Under the pieces are notes generated by a model. It ran no database searches. It was given only the letters and a program-made list of their open reading frames with translations, and had not been told where the DNA came from. Below are positions 1 to 10,509 of a stretch of 64,000 nucleotides of DNA, piece by piece; positions within the stretch are counted from its first letter, which is position 1; the number at the start of each line of letters is the position of its first letter. The translations under genes were made by a program, and so were the position numbers. The DNA is taken from the NCBI GenBank assembly GCA_002256025.1, contig NKIB01012442.1, forward strand, positions 1 to 64,000, in the 5' to 3' direction. The stretch comes from Asterionella formosa. Lineage: Eukaryota.

Positions 1-308
1 TGTCTCTGCTTCTAGCCTTCCTGCTAGATAGACTAATTGACCTTCCTGTCAATTAACACACTGTTTCCTCGGTTGATAATCTAAATCTCAAATTAAATTA
101 TAAGCTAAACTAAATGTTTCCTTTCCATGCATCTTTGCTTCCTGCAAAGTCATTCTAAGACTCTCTTCGAGTTTCCACTTAACATTTCCATAGAAATCTT
201 CAATCTCTGATCTCGTTAGACAGCTGATTGACGTGGCAATGCAATATTCGACTCGTTCGATTACAATCGAGTCCACAATCCTTGTGACTCGGGCTAATAT
301 TCTTGACA
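1..308. mobile_element. LTR-like repeat, truncated by the window start; related to 47826-48219
   Basis: Shares ordered blocks with 47850-48219 (CTAGCCTTCyTGCTAG, CTGTCAATT..CACTGTTTC, TCTCGTTAG, TGGCAATGC, TCGAGTCCACAAT, CTTGTGACTCG). Both copies end in TGACA. Confidence 0.5.
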
Positions 309-627
309 CCGGTAGTACCAGGTACCAGGTAACAGGTACCACATGTGGTGATAATACTTCGCTTCAGTAAATATACCGGTTTATCATAAGAATTACGGTT
401 CTGTAGAACTTACTGCCGGTTTACCAGGCTTGTAGAGTACAAAGACTACAGTAGCAATCCATGTAGCACGTGAGCCTATCGAAAATACCATGTTCCTGGT
501 ACCAATGCAATAACAATACGTACCAGGTACCTGGTACCACTCCTACCTGGCGTTTGATTTGGGTTATTCGTGCTCGTCGTCGGGGACGACCTCGTGATTA
601 TTAGGTACGAGGTCATCCATAGGATAC

Positions 628-910
628 ATAATGACTTTTGCGTGTGCTTGGTAAACTACTGTACGGTACCTGTAACTTGCGGTCATTTTGCTCAAATAGA
701 CAATTTAATTTAGGATACGACGTCATCCAAATGCTGTTGTTCCAACATTGACAGAAGAATGCAAGACTACAGTAATGACTTCTGCGTGTGCTTGGTAAAC
801 TACTGTGCGGTACCTGCAAGGTCATTTTGCTTATATAGACAATCTAATTTAGGATACGACCTCATCCAAATGCTGTTGTTCCAACTTTGACAGAAGAATG
901 CAAGACTACT
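628..910 (+). repeat. Tandem duplication, about 140-145 bp x2
   Basis: TAATGACTT..GCGTGTGCTTGGTAAACTACTGT...GACAGAAGAATGCAAGACTAC occurs at about 628-772 and again at about 773-910. Confidence 0.85.
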
Positions 911-1221
911 GTACTGTAGTCGGTTTCTAAAACCGGAAACTCACTTATTACGCGCTTTTTAAGACCATGGAGTCACACGTGGAATTTTACAGCACAGCCT
1001 GCTGACCAGTCCATGTCTTTCCCTAGTTTTGTTTGTGTAGGTTTTTCCCCAACCATCTGTTTCGCTTAAGGTGATCGTCTTAGCTGCAGCGTTAGGAGAA
1101 ACTCCGACCACCTAGGAAGGCGGCATGCCGCTTGCAGAGGGCAACCCACTTTCCTTACACACCAGGCAAGACCACGCAGGACAGTGAGGAGTGTGGGAGT
1201 CGAACCCAACAATTGCTTCTC

Positions 1222-1294
1222 AAAAAAAATGTGGGAATCGAACCACACAACTTCAAATCAAAGACAACGTACCCAATCAACTCAGCCATTACCC
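1222..1294 (-). other. Degenerate tRNA-derived or Pol III-promoter-like sequence
   Basis: Minus strand has A-box-like TGGCTGAGTTG, B-box GGTTCGATTCC and a T8 run. A second B-box-like GGGTTCGACTCCC lies at about 1195-1207. No convincing acceptor stem. Confidence 0.35.
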
Positions 1295-1398
1295 AACTAG
1301 TCGGTTTCTATATTGCATTAACCATCTACAATTGAATCAACCTGAACAACTTCACCCTTCACCCGAAGATGCTTTTGATCCAGGTAGCTAAGTTTGGG

Positions 1399-1710
1399 TT
1401 TTATGACAGCTTTTATGATCAGGTTCATGTGAATGAAAAATGGTTCTATGTTCATGAGGTCAAACAGAGATTTTACTTGACTGAGGGAGAGAGAGGATGG
1501 GGACCCATTTTTAGATTAAACACAAGGATCACATTAAAAAAGTGATGTTTCTCATTGCAGCTACTTTGGATGGATGGAATATCAATTTAACAGGGCAACT
1601 GGCAAACTCACCAGACATGAATATCAACAATCTCAGCTTTTTTCGGGCACTTCAGAGTGGTCAATGGGATTCTGTGGAGGACGCTAATCACAATGTGGAT
1701 GGGTTGGTGG
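1399..1710 (+). pseudogene. Degenerate Tc1/mariner transposase fragment (plant-type mariner-like)
   Basis: Translates to FYDQVHVNEKWFY..., KHKDHIKKVMFLIAA and QLANSPDMNINNLSFFRALQS. These match the VHIDEKWF / KVMFL / QPPNSPDLNVLDLGFF motifs of mariner-like transposases. Frameshifted and internally deleted. Confidence 0.7.
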
Positions 1711-2289
1711 AGGCAGAGACTGCAGCGTCCATCACCACCTCTTTACCTCTAATTTTCTTGAGCCCCCTCCGCAGAACTTTCATTACTCCAAGTCAATGAC
1801 CTTTTCCAATGTTCAGATGATTTCGGACCCACATTGAGGGGTGAATGTACTTGGATAGGCATGAATCGACGGCACCTTTGCCCATGGTCAATTTTCGTTT
1901 TCATGCCATCCTGCACAAACATATTTGAGATTATTTCGGCTGGTAGGCTTCTCATGCTTCTGAATTTAAAAAAAAATCTATAAGCGTATTGCCATGCATA
2001 CCTCCAGAAACCTACAGTTCTGTAGATTTAGATTAACTATTCAGAAATGAAATATCTGTTGAATTGATCTAGGGGCAAGGGATTGAAAATCCAGACTGAA
2101 TCCAGTCTACTAACCTGAAATCAGCATTAGCCGGAAAGAATCCGAATCTGACTCTCAGTTTTTGTTTTAGGTGGTGTACCAGGTAGCACTTCAAATTTTT
2201 CACATCGACGAATCGTCTCCTCAATATAAATTGACTACAACAATAGAGCTATAATTTGACAATCGAGATCGTTCGACTGGTTATCAATC

Positions 2290-3786
2290 ATGTCAAAATC
2301 TTCGCAGGGATTCGGGCGTGACGAAATGACTGCTCTCTTGGGTGTTGGAATGCAAGAGACTCTGACTAGGCCTGCTGGTTGGAATGCCAAGAAGGATAGG
2401 AAAGACGATAAAGATGTATCGACGCTTTCAGTAGCAGAAACTGCGGCACTCTTGAAGGAAATAGATGCGAAAAAGCAAGCTTCTGCACGTGTTGGTGCTC
2501 GGTTGCGAGCCAAAAAATCAAATCATGTGCCGCAACGCCATACGTTACTTCAGGAACAGCAGCAGATGGCACAGCAACAGAATCAAGAAAAATCAGATTC
2601 AGAGGATTCAGAAGGCGACATATTTACTCATCGCCCCACACAAGGAAAGAAACGAGATCGGACTGAGCCAACAATTTTGAAACGACATACGAAGGCAGAA
2701 CCTGAGATTTTAGTTAAACGTCGCCGTGACCATACAAGTAGTGACAGTGACAGCAACAGTGAAGGCAGTGGTCAGAAACCAGCAACAGTTCGTAAACGCC
2801 GCGGTGAATCGAGCGGCAGTAGCAGCGACGATGACCGAAAAAAACGGCTTCTTGCAATGCGCCGCAAGACACAACAAGTTTCCAACAGACCTACCGAAGA
2901 AATTCAGAGAAGCATTGATATAGAAACCTCCGATCCAGCACGACTTCTACAAAATGGTCCCCATTTCCATCAACGAGAGCAAAAATCTTCCAGTAGTAAT
3001 GAGTCAAGTAAAGATTCCGATAGCAGTGAAGATTCATCTAGCAGTGAAGAGGAGGAACTTCAAGCCGCTAAGCCCCTCTTTGTTCCAAAGAACAGACGAA
3101 ATAAAATCATGTCACAAGAAGAAAAGCAGCATGAAGAAAATGACCGTAAGGCCAAGGAATCTGAACGAGAAGAAAAACGTCGGCTTTCTTCTCGTATACT
3201 TCTGGCTAAAGTAGTCGCAGCTGAAGCTACGTCGAATAACAGCCAAGCTGAAGTTGATGACGAAGCTGGAGGCGCCACAAATGATCCACCTGACGATGAA
3301 GATCCCACTGATCTAATCGAATGTGAGCTCGCGAGAGATGCTTGGGAAGTTCGAGAAATACTAAGACTTTTCAAAGCAGAGGATTTGCGAGAAAAACAAG
3401 TTGCTGAAGCGAGGGAATATGCACGTCGAAAGCAGTTGTCAGATAAGCAACAAAAGGAAGAAGATGAGGCCGTTGGGCGGTACCAGAAGCCCGGTAAGCG
3501 TGACGAAGGATTAAATAATCACATGCAACGTTATTACCATCGAGGTGCTTTCTACATGGATAATGACGAGTGGACAGCAGATGATGTACGCCACAAAGCC
3601 AAGGAATACGCAAGAGCAGCAACTGGTGAAGACAAGATCGACAAGAGTAAGCTACCGGAGATAATGAAGGTCAAACGATTCGGTCTCTCGGGAATGAAAT
3701 ACAAGGGCTTGTCGAAGGATGACACAACTGGTAAACAGATGGAAATGCTTCCAATCATAGGAAAGAAAGGTCGAAAGTCTGCGTGA
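2290..3786 (+). CDS. MFAP1: Microfibrillar-associated protein 1 (spliceosomal B-complex factor)
   Basis: 498-aa ORF with a charged low-complexity N-terminus. The C-terminal AWEVREILR...RYYHRGAFYMD...TGEDKIDKSKLPEIMKVKRFG...KYKGLSKDDTT is the MFAP1 signature. Confidence 0.88.
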   Translation: MSKSSQGFGRDEMTALLGVGMQETLTRPAGWNAKKDRKDDKDVSTLSVAETAALLKEIDAKKQASARVGARLRAKKSNHVPQRHTLLQEQQQMAQQQNQEKSDSEDSEGDIFTHRPTQGKKRDRTEPTILKRHTKAEPEILVKRRRDHTSSDSDSNSEGSGQKPATVRKRRGESSGSSSDDDRKKRLLAMRRKTQQVSNRPTEEIQRSIDIETSDPARLLQNGPHFHQREQKSSSSNESSKDSDSSEDSSSSEEEELQAAKPLFVPKNRRNKIMSQEEKQHEENDRKAKESEREEKRRLSSRILLAKVVAAEATSNNSQAEVDDEAGGATNDPPDDEDPTDLIECELARDAWEVREILRLFKAEDLREKQVAEAREYARRKQLSDKQQKEEDEAVGRYQKPGKRDEGLNNHMQRYYHRGAFYMDNDEWTADDVRHKAKEYARAATGEDKIDKSKLPEIMKVKRFGLSGMKYKGLSKDDTTGKQMEMLPIIGKKGRKSA

Positions 3787-3938
3787 AGAACACGCTATGT
3801 TTTATAATCCAGAATGGCGCTTCTTTTTCATTTGGTATTATTTTTGTTGTTTTGTGGATTTGACGTTTCTCTCACCCCACTCAATCCCGTAAACCAAAAT
3901 TAGAAATCAATCGCTGTTCCTCGTTTCGTATTGTTGTT

Positions 3939-6716
3939 CTATGCCCCCGTGGCTTTATAAATCTTCACATTTCCAACGTTGCTTTGGATTCCGTCATAGT
4001 TATAATTTGGAGCACCACCTACGACTATTTCGCCTTGTCCAGAAAGCGCAACGGCGGATCCAAATGCATCACCTTCGGCCGTGCCTCCAATTGCTCCTTT
4101 TAGTTGCACCCAATACTTTCCGTCGTACTTGAACACGACAATTTCTCCGCTACTGGCGACAACTACGCTGCCCTTAGGGCTACCAATGGCAATTATGTCG
4201 CCTCCAGCAGACAGCGAAATGGATTGCCCAAATTGAATGGATGGGTTAGGTCCTGTAATTGCCTCCCCAAGCCCTGTCCATTGGTTGTCAACCATGCGAT
4301 ACACTTGCACAATTCCTGTGGATTGCTCGAACCCCAAAGCTCCCACTGCCAAAATTGAGCCGTTGTCTGACAACGAGACAGAATAGCCATAATTGACAGT
4401 AGAAGCATCACCGGGTGCGGCTAAGGTCTGACCCACAATAGTCCACATATCACCTTCCAAGTCAAATGTTCTGACGAGTCCAGTTCTGCTTCCAATACCA
4501 AAGGGGCTACCGACTACGATTCGCGAACCGCTACTAGCAAGAGCAAGAGCAGAACCGAAAACGCCGGATACTGTCTCGCCTTCGAGGTCTGATCCAACTT
4601 GAGCCCAAACAGATTCCGTTTCCTTATATACACGTACTATTCCAGCATTAACACCAGCAGTGCCTTGGGCATATGGAGCTGATACGGCCAAGATAGTGCC
4701 ATCCCACGACATTGCTACTGATGTTCCAAAAAAAGTTGGAGAATCATTAGTACTGTTCCCAAGAATAGGCTCGCCAACTCGCGGCCATTCTTTTGATATG
4801 CTGCTATTCATTGGTTCCACGTAAATCCCAACTTGACCGATGCCGTCTGCCCAAAGCGGCGACCCAATGACGGCGCGCTTCCCATCCCTCGACATAGCTA
4901 CCGATGAACCAGCTGCTGACCCACCACTAGGGCCATCGATAGACTGTGACAGCTCCCATGATTGTCCATTCCAGTCAAACAAGCGTGCTTGACCAACATT
5001 TGTGTCTCTGATGCTGACATCAAAGCCTGGCACCCCCACTACAAGTCGTTTTCCGTCCGAAGACAATGAAATGGACTGTCCGAAGAAGTTTCGGTTTTTG
5101 TCTGTGGGTCCAACAAGGTCTCTGAGAAGAGTCCAACCTTCAGGTCCAACGCCACCGATTGCATCGGCGCCTCGTAGATTCGACCCTTGTTTTCTGCCAA
5201 TATTTATAACTACTACTGCAACGATTGCAGTTGTGCCAACTATGGCAGAAAGGATGAGAAACTGGACGAAGCGTCTCTTGTACGCAGCTTTTGGTCCCCT
5301 GTCCATTTCTGCGTCAATGAAAACTTGTCCTTCCACAAATATTTCATGTCGCTCTTCATGGAGCTCAGCTTCAATACCTTCAACAGCCATACTGTTCTCG
5401 GATTGCTCCACCACATGTTCATCCTGCTCAAAATGGAGCATTTCTTCTTCGGGCAAAGCGGGTGGCTCAAGTATTCCAGAGGATGCAGTATTAGATTCTT
5501 CACCATCGAACCCAGAATCGTAGCCAGTGATATGCCGTCCAACTACATTATCCATGCCAATCATGGCAAAGGCTCCAGGAAGTACCACTGGAATACCAGC
5601 TTGAGCTTCGATTTCTTCTGAATTTTCGGTTGAATCCGTCGAGAATTCCTCAACCATGTGGCCTTCGGAGGCTTCCAATCTATATGCAGGGCTTCCGACC
5701 GCGTCATCATGGGTTAGCTCACTTTTGGCTGCTGGAAGGGGAGTGGCCAATGACAATTCTTTACTAGGCAATTTCAGCAATAATTCACCCGACTTGCTGG
5801 ATGAGCACCCAATAGCATTTTCATAGTTTTTCTTTCGAGGAAATAGCATCTCATCCCCTTTTGCCTCTTTGGGAGAAATCACTGTTGTAGGGGTACGAAT
5901 CATGGCGACCATAGAAACACTATCATTTTGGTTGATGTGCGTCTTTTTGGAATTCATCGTGTTGTGCTCTGTTTCTGCCACATTAAGTGCAACGACCGCT
6001 GAAACCGCTTCTTGATCGGCGTCTTCATTAGTCTGGGAAGGTCTCTCCTGTTCCATTTCGTCGTCGTTTCTAGACCCCGTGTCCTGATCGATATCAGGAG
6101 TGACTGGTCGAGCTGGAATCCCGATGGCTATAATTCCACCTTCATCAGCTGATTCGTCGGATTCGTCTTCGTCATCATCCTTATAATGGCGACATCTGCG
6201 AGAATCGCAGTCGTCTGATTCGATATGCTGTTCAAGGACCCTGTCATGTTGTTGGTTTCCACCACTTGAACCCGATATGTCAATGTGAAAGTCAGGAAGT
6301 ACTTCGTGAGCATCGTCTGGAAGTTTCACAGGATTCCTTGAGAAGCAAGCTTCATTAAGTGCAGAGATACCAATGTCTTGATTAGGACCCGAAGCCCTGA
6401 GCTGTACTGTGTTTGAACCGTCCAGAGAAATGGTGTGAAGTAGCACGTTGTCCACTTTGTGAGAAAGGCTTTGAACGGTATCTTCCACTACAGTATCACT
6501 TTTTCTTGCGCCAAGTACTACAAATGGGTCGATCCGTTGAAGCGATGGATTCCTTGGCGTAGCTGCACCTCTCGTCGCGTCGACCACCTCATCATATTCA
6601 TTCGATGTCCGCACTGGCGGTGGATTATGGAGGAGTGGTGGTTTAGGGGTCTGCATACCATCCTCAACCATGTTGGAAGGGCCATGCGGGGCACTCTTTT
6701 GACCTCGTCGCTTCAT
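3939..6716 (-). CDS. Single-pass (type II) membrane protein with a C-terminal FG-GAP/integrin-alpha-like beta-propeller
   Basis: 925 aa: acidic disordered N-half, one hydrophobic helix (FVQFLILSAIVGTTAIVAVVVINI), then about 7 repeats of FG-x-S-(V/I)-x-(L/M)-S-x-x-G...(V/I)G(A/S)P. Confidence 0.8.
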   Translation of the reverse strand: MKRRGQKSAPHGPSNMVEDGMQTPKPPLLHNPPPVRTSNEYDEVVDATRGAATPRNPSLQRIDPFVVLGARKSDTVVEDTVQSLSHKVDNVLLHTISLDGSNTVQLRASGPNQDIGISALNEACFSRNPVKLPDDAHEVLPDFHIDISGSSGGNQQHDRVLEQHIESDDCDSRRCRHYKDDDEDESDESADEGGIIAIGIPARPVTPDIDQDTGSRNDDEMEQERPSQTNEDADQEAVSAVVALNVAETEHNTMNSKKTHINQNDSVSMVAMIRTPTTVISPKEAKGDEMLFPRKKNYENAIGCSSSKSGELLLKLPSKELSLATPLPAAKSELTHDDAVGSPAYRLEASEGHMVEEFSTDSTENSEEIEAQAGIPVVLPGAFAMIGMDNVVGRHITGYDSGFDGEESNTASSGILEPPALPEEEMLHFEQDEHVVEQSENSMAVEGIEAELHEERHEIFVEGQVFIDAEMDRGPKAAYKRRFVQFLILSAIVGTTAIVAVVVINIGRKQGSNLRGADAIGGVGPEGWTLLRDLVGPTDKNRNFFGQSISLSSDGKRLVVGVPGFDVSIRDTNVGQARLFDWNGQSWELSQSIDGPSGGSAAGSSVAMSRDGKRAVIGSPLWADGIGQVGIYVEPMNSSISKEWPRVGEPILGNSTNDSPTFFGTSVAMSWDGTILAVSAPYAQGTAGVNAGIVRVYKETESVWAQVGSDLEGETVSGVFGSALALASSGSRIVVGSPFGIGSRTGLVRTFDLEGDMWTIVGQTLAAPGDASTVNYGYSVSLSDNGSILAVGALGFEQSTGIVQVYRMVDNQWTGLGEAITGPNPSIQFGQSISLSAGGDIIAIGSPKGSVVVASSGEIVVFKYDGKYWVQLKGAIGGTAEGDAFGSAVALSGQGEIVVGGAPNYNYDGIQSNVGNVKIYKATGA

Positions 6717-7427
6717 GACTTTTACACGTTGTTTTGGAAACTTGCGCTTTGATCACGTGACCTTGAAATCATATGTATATATCATGGAAGGAATTGAAAT
6801 TGTAAACGCATTGATTTAAAATTGTAAACCATGGCTGTTGATTGACCCTGCTCTGTTCTTGGATTGGCTGACAGTTTTGACTTCTTTGGACTTGCTGGCT
6901 CGCATTAGACTGAATACAAGTAAGCAATTAATTTCGATTTGTCGAAGTACTTGCGCGGTATGTAGTCTATGTACCGGTACCCGCATCGGTCGTACCCGGT
7001 ACACACTTGTTGTACCTGGTACCAGTACCTCGTTGCTGGTGTGGAAATGATGTACTGTACTGTATATGTAACACTTTCACACCGTTACTGGTACCTTGTA
7101 CCAGGTACCTGTTACCATAGTCTATTATATTCTTTCTTGTCATTCGTATACATATACCGGTAGTCAAGCAAATGGTTCATCACTTTTATTTTGAGTGCAC
7201 AGATATGCTATGCTACCGGTAGTGGTATCGAGATACCGGCATGTTCTGTGCCTACCGTACATCAAACCGGTAGTATACGTGACGTCATCGCTGTCGCAAT
7301 GATTACCGGTATTCCACCACAATGCAGAAGACAAGGTGACCATCAGCCATCGCTCATACTATTTTGTCTATATATGAGACTACGGTCAATAACCAAGGTT
7401 CTGTCATGGCAAAAGTCAACAATCAAC

Positions 7428-8545
7428 ATGAGCATCTCCCAATCTCTCCAAGACCAGCATATGGACTGGACTCATAAGCAAGGAAGAATTTTGACGGCAA
7501 ATGGCCTCGCAGATGAGTTCTACACCGCAGACAGAGGCTTTCCATTTATCATTGAAGAGCTGCCACATTATTTCTTGGAGCAAGGTGAGACACGTTTACT
7601 CTTTCACCAGTGGTCGTTGAGCCGCTCGGAGCCCATTCCAATATGCGGTGCTTGGAATCGACTCCTATTTACTGGTGGGTTTGAGCATTCCACTTCAGAG
7701 ACAGAAAAGGTGTACAATATCCAGACCAATTCATTTTTTATTGATCTAAGGATTCCTACAAGTCGATCTCAAGTGATTCCAGCAGATCGTACATCTCTGG
7801 CGTCGCTTACAGACGAGGAGTTGCGTCTATTTGCTCGTCAACATGTCTTTGGAGGATACTCTCGAATCAATCAAGAGCAAGGTCGTATTGTATGTACTAG
7901 GCACCACTGCATGGATTGGAACTACGTTGGTGTGTCGAGATCAAGACCCAACAAATGGTGGGTGGAACTGAATTCTTTGGGAAATGTATGGAAAGAATGG
8001 GCCTACGCCAAAGATAATTTTGGACAACATTATTACATGGAACGGTGGGAGCGCCTGGAAGAAGGCAACTCGCTTCGCCTTGCACTTCGTAAACGTGAGG
8101 GCATTGATGGCATTGTCGTTGTAGTGGGAGTAAGTGCTTCCAACTTGCAACATTCTTGATTTCAACCCCCGCAATTGTAAAGCTAATTACTCTCCTCTTT
8201 CAGGATCACTTTAATTATTTATTAGACAGAAAAATATCTGGAGAGGAGCCAAAATACAACAAGGCATCATTGGTCGATCTCGTGGATGCTGCAATTGCAA
8301 AAGGAGACCGGGAAACTGCTGAAATTTTTTGTGGTATTGATGCTGGACATGGAAGGCTATCGGAAAAATGGGTAATTGACTGTGCAATTCAGCCATGGAA
8401 AGAAGGTTCCGCTCTTTGGCACAATATTGTTGTTCATGGCACATCGATCAACGATTGCTGGATTTTGTGGAATGATGAAATCTGGGATGTCTTTGAGTGT
8501 TCCCTCAAATCACTTCCTGCATTGATTAGCATTTTTCCTTCCTAA
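7428..8545 (+). CDS. Uncharacterised Hri1-like protein; exons 7428-8129 and 8204-8545
   Basis: A GT(8130)...CAG(8203) intron joins the two ORFs in frame (VVVVG|DHFNY). The motifs GAWNR, NIQTNSFFIDLRIP and YYMERWERL resemble Hri1-family proteins. Start taken at ATG 7428. Confidence 0.6.
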
Positions 8546-10509
8546 TGTAGGATGTTGTCATGAATTTGTGTGTGAATATGTGCGATCATTTTTCAGTGCA
8601 CATGGTATGAATTCACTTCGCTGATTTTCTCCTTTAAAACGGAATTCATGGCTTCAAGAGATATGGATAAATGGGACATTTCTTAGGATCAATTGCAGGT
8701 AGCTGGGGTGATCCAACAATCATATTGGATTTTTGAATTTTTCCTGGTGTTGCATTTTAAGGCAACCAAGAACATCCTTAGAATTCAATATCATATGATA
8801 ACTCTCCGCAAAATATTCATGTTTGATGCAATATCTCTGCATGGTTCTGTTGATCCATAGTCAAAATGAGCCATGGTTATTTGTTATTACTTTTGATTTG
8901 TTCCTCAGTAATTCTCCTTCAGAGTTCCATGAACTTTTGTTTGTCATGATGGTTTGACAATGAATCTGGCTCATTCAAGGCTGCACAGACAATGTACACA
9001 GAGAAAGTATTCTACAAAACACCGGACTAAATTGATTATTTAGAATCATTATCACTTGTCCGAAGGGAAGAGATTTGCGTCAGGGAACTCACTTATTCAA
9101 GCACCCAATGACAAAGCTTCTTAAATCAAGAGAGTGTACAAAACTAAGATTTTTGTCTAAGGCAGACTTTCTTTTCCATGAATCGGTGGCACTGACTAAA
9201 ACGGGACAGCAATATATCCAGAAATTCTTTCCTAGCACATTGACACACAGCGATGGTGGGGGGGCATGCAATCTGGGAGTGACCAGTCCCAATTCCTCCT
9301 CCACAAAAAGTTCAAACCAAGCTATTCAATTTCTTCCCAGGTCATTAAGACAATGGGAGAAAGATTATTATCAAAGCAAATTACAGCCACCACAGACATC
9401 AAGAAAGAATATTTGTCAGACTACCCCTTGAGGGAGTGTATCCACTCTTCTCTCTGCATTCCAGCACCCAAAGTCACCGCATTTATTGGGTTGATACCGG
9501 GTTGGTTAGTAATAAAGAAAACCAAGTCTTCTGGCAATGCCAGGAAGTGCCAAGCAAGGTCCTCTACTAGCAATAGAGTAGTTTTAAAGCAGTTAATAAA
9601 CGAGGTTACTAATATCACTTGTCCAAATCATTTTTCAGGTGGTAGGGCTGACTAAATGGTTGCAAAGCACCTTGGTAGGTTCCTCCTGTCGGTCACGGAG
9701 GTCCTGCCATGATGTTTTACAACAAACACCCAAAGGATGCCGGGGCCCCAAAAAGCCAGACTAAAATCAGCCCACCCCCGCTAAAATACCGGTACTGGCA
9801 TACTTAATAGCCTGAATAAAGGTCACTCGCTTGCTGTGATGGATAAAATGATGTACGCCCTCCCCCTCAAAATACCGGTAATACTGGTACATAATAGATA
9901 CGTAGCCCTAAATATATTACCGTACCGTATTATTATCATTAGGTGACTACCAGTAGAATTGTGACACTCCTGGATCTCAAGAACGCGAACCCTTCTTTGC
10001 TGAGCGATGATGTCAGATGTACCGGTAATGGTGATTGGTGAGATCATAGAATTTTCGAGGTGACAATTCCATATATACATACTGGTGTATACGCATAATA
10101 GGAAGATCGAATACGGAAAAATCATTGAATGACTACATGAATATAAATACATCAAATATGTTAGTACCGGTATATCGTAGGAAGATGAGAATAGTTTTGC
10201 TTACATAGGGAGAAATACCGCTACCGGTATATGATGTTCAATATGATACATAAAGATACACTGAAATGAACTCACGCAATCATTGCTATGAATTGTTCGA
10301 CCACACTCGCACACAGGAACAGAAAGATAGTGGAAACGATCACATCCGGCTGAGGATCGATCGCATATTGCTCAAAGGTCCTGTTTTGCTTCAATCATAT
10401 AGAAAGTACAAAGAAGCGAACCTGCATACGCATTCTCACTCCAATTAGAACGCTAGCACTGACTGCTGACCAGTCAACCAGTCGTGTCGTGCGAACAAAG
10501 GAAACGACC

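Noticed and set aside
7191..7427. 5' extension of the 322-aa ORF from a TTG start
   Set aside because: Non-ATG start in motif-rich intergenic sequence. ATG 7428 has a better context, although in-frame ATG 7374 cannot be excluded.
8600..9800. Short overlapping ORFs in an AT-rich tract
   Set aside because: No recognisable motifs or consistent frame; probably decayed repeat DNA.
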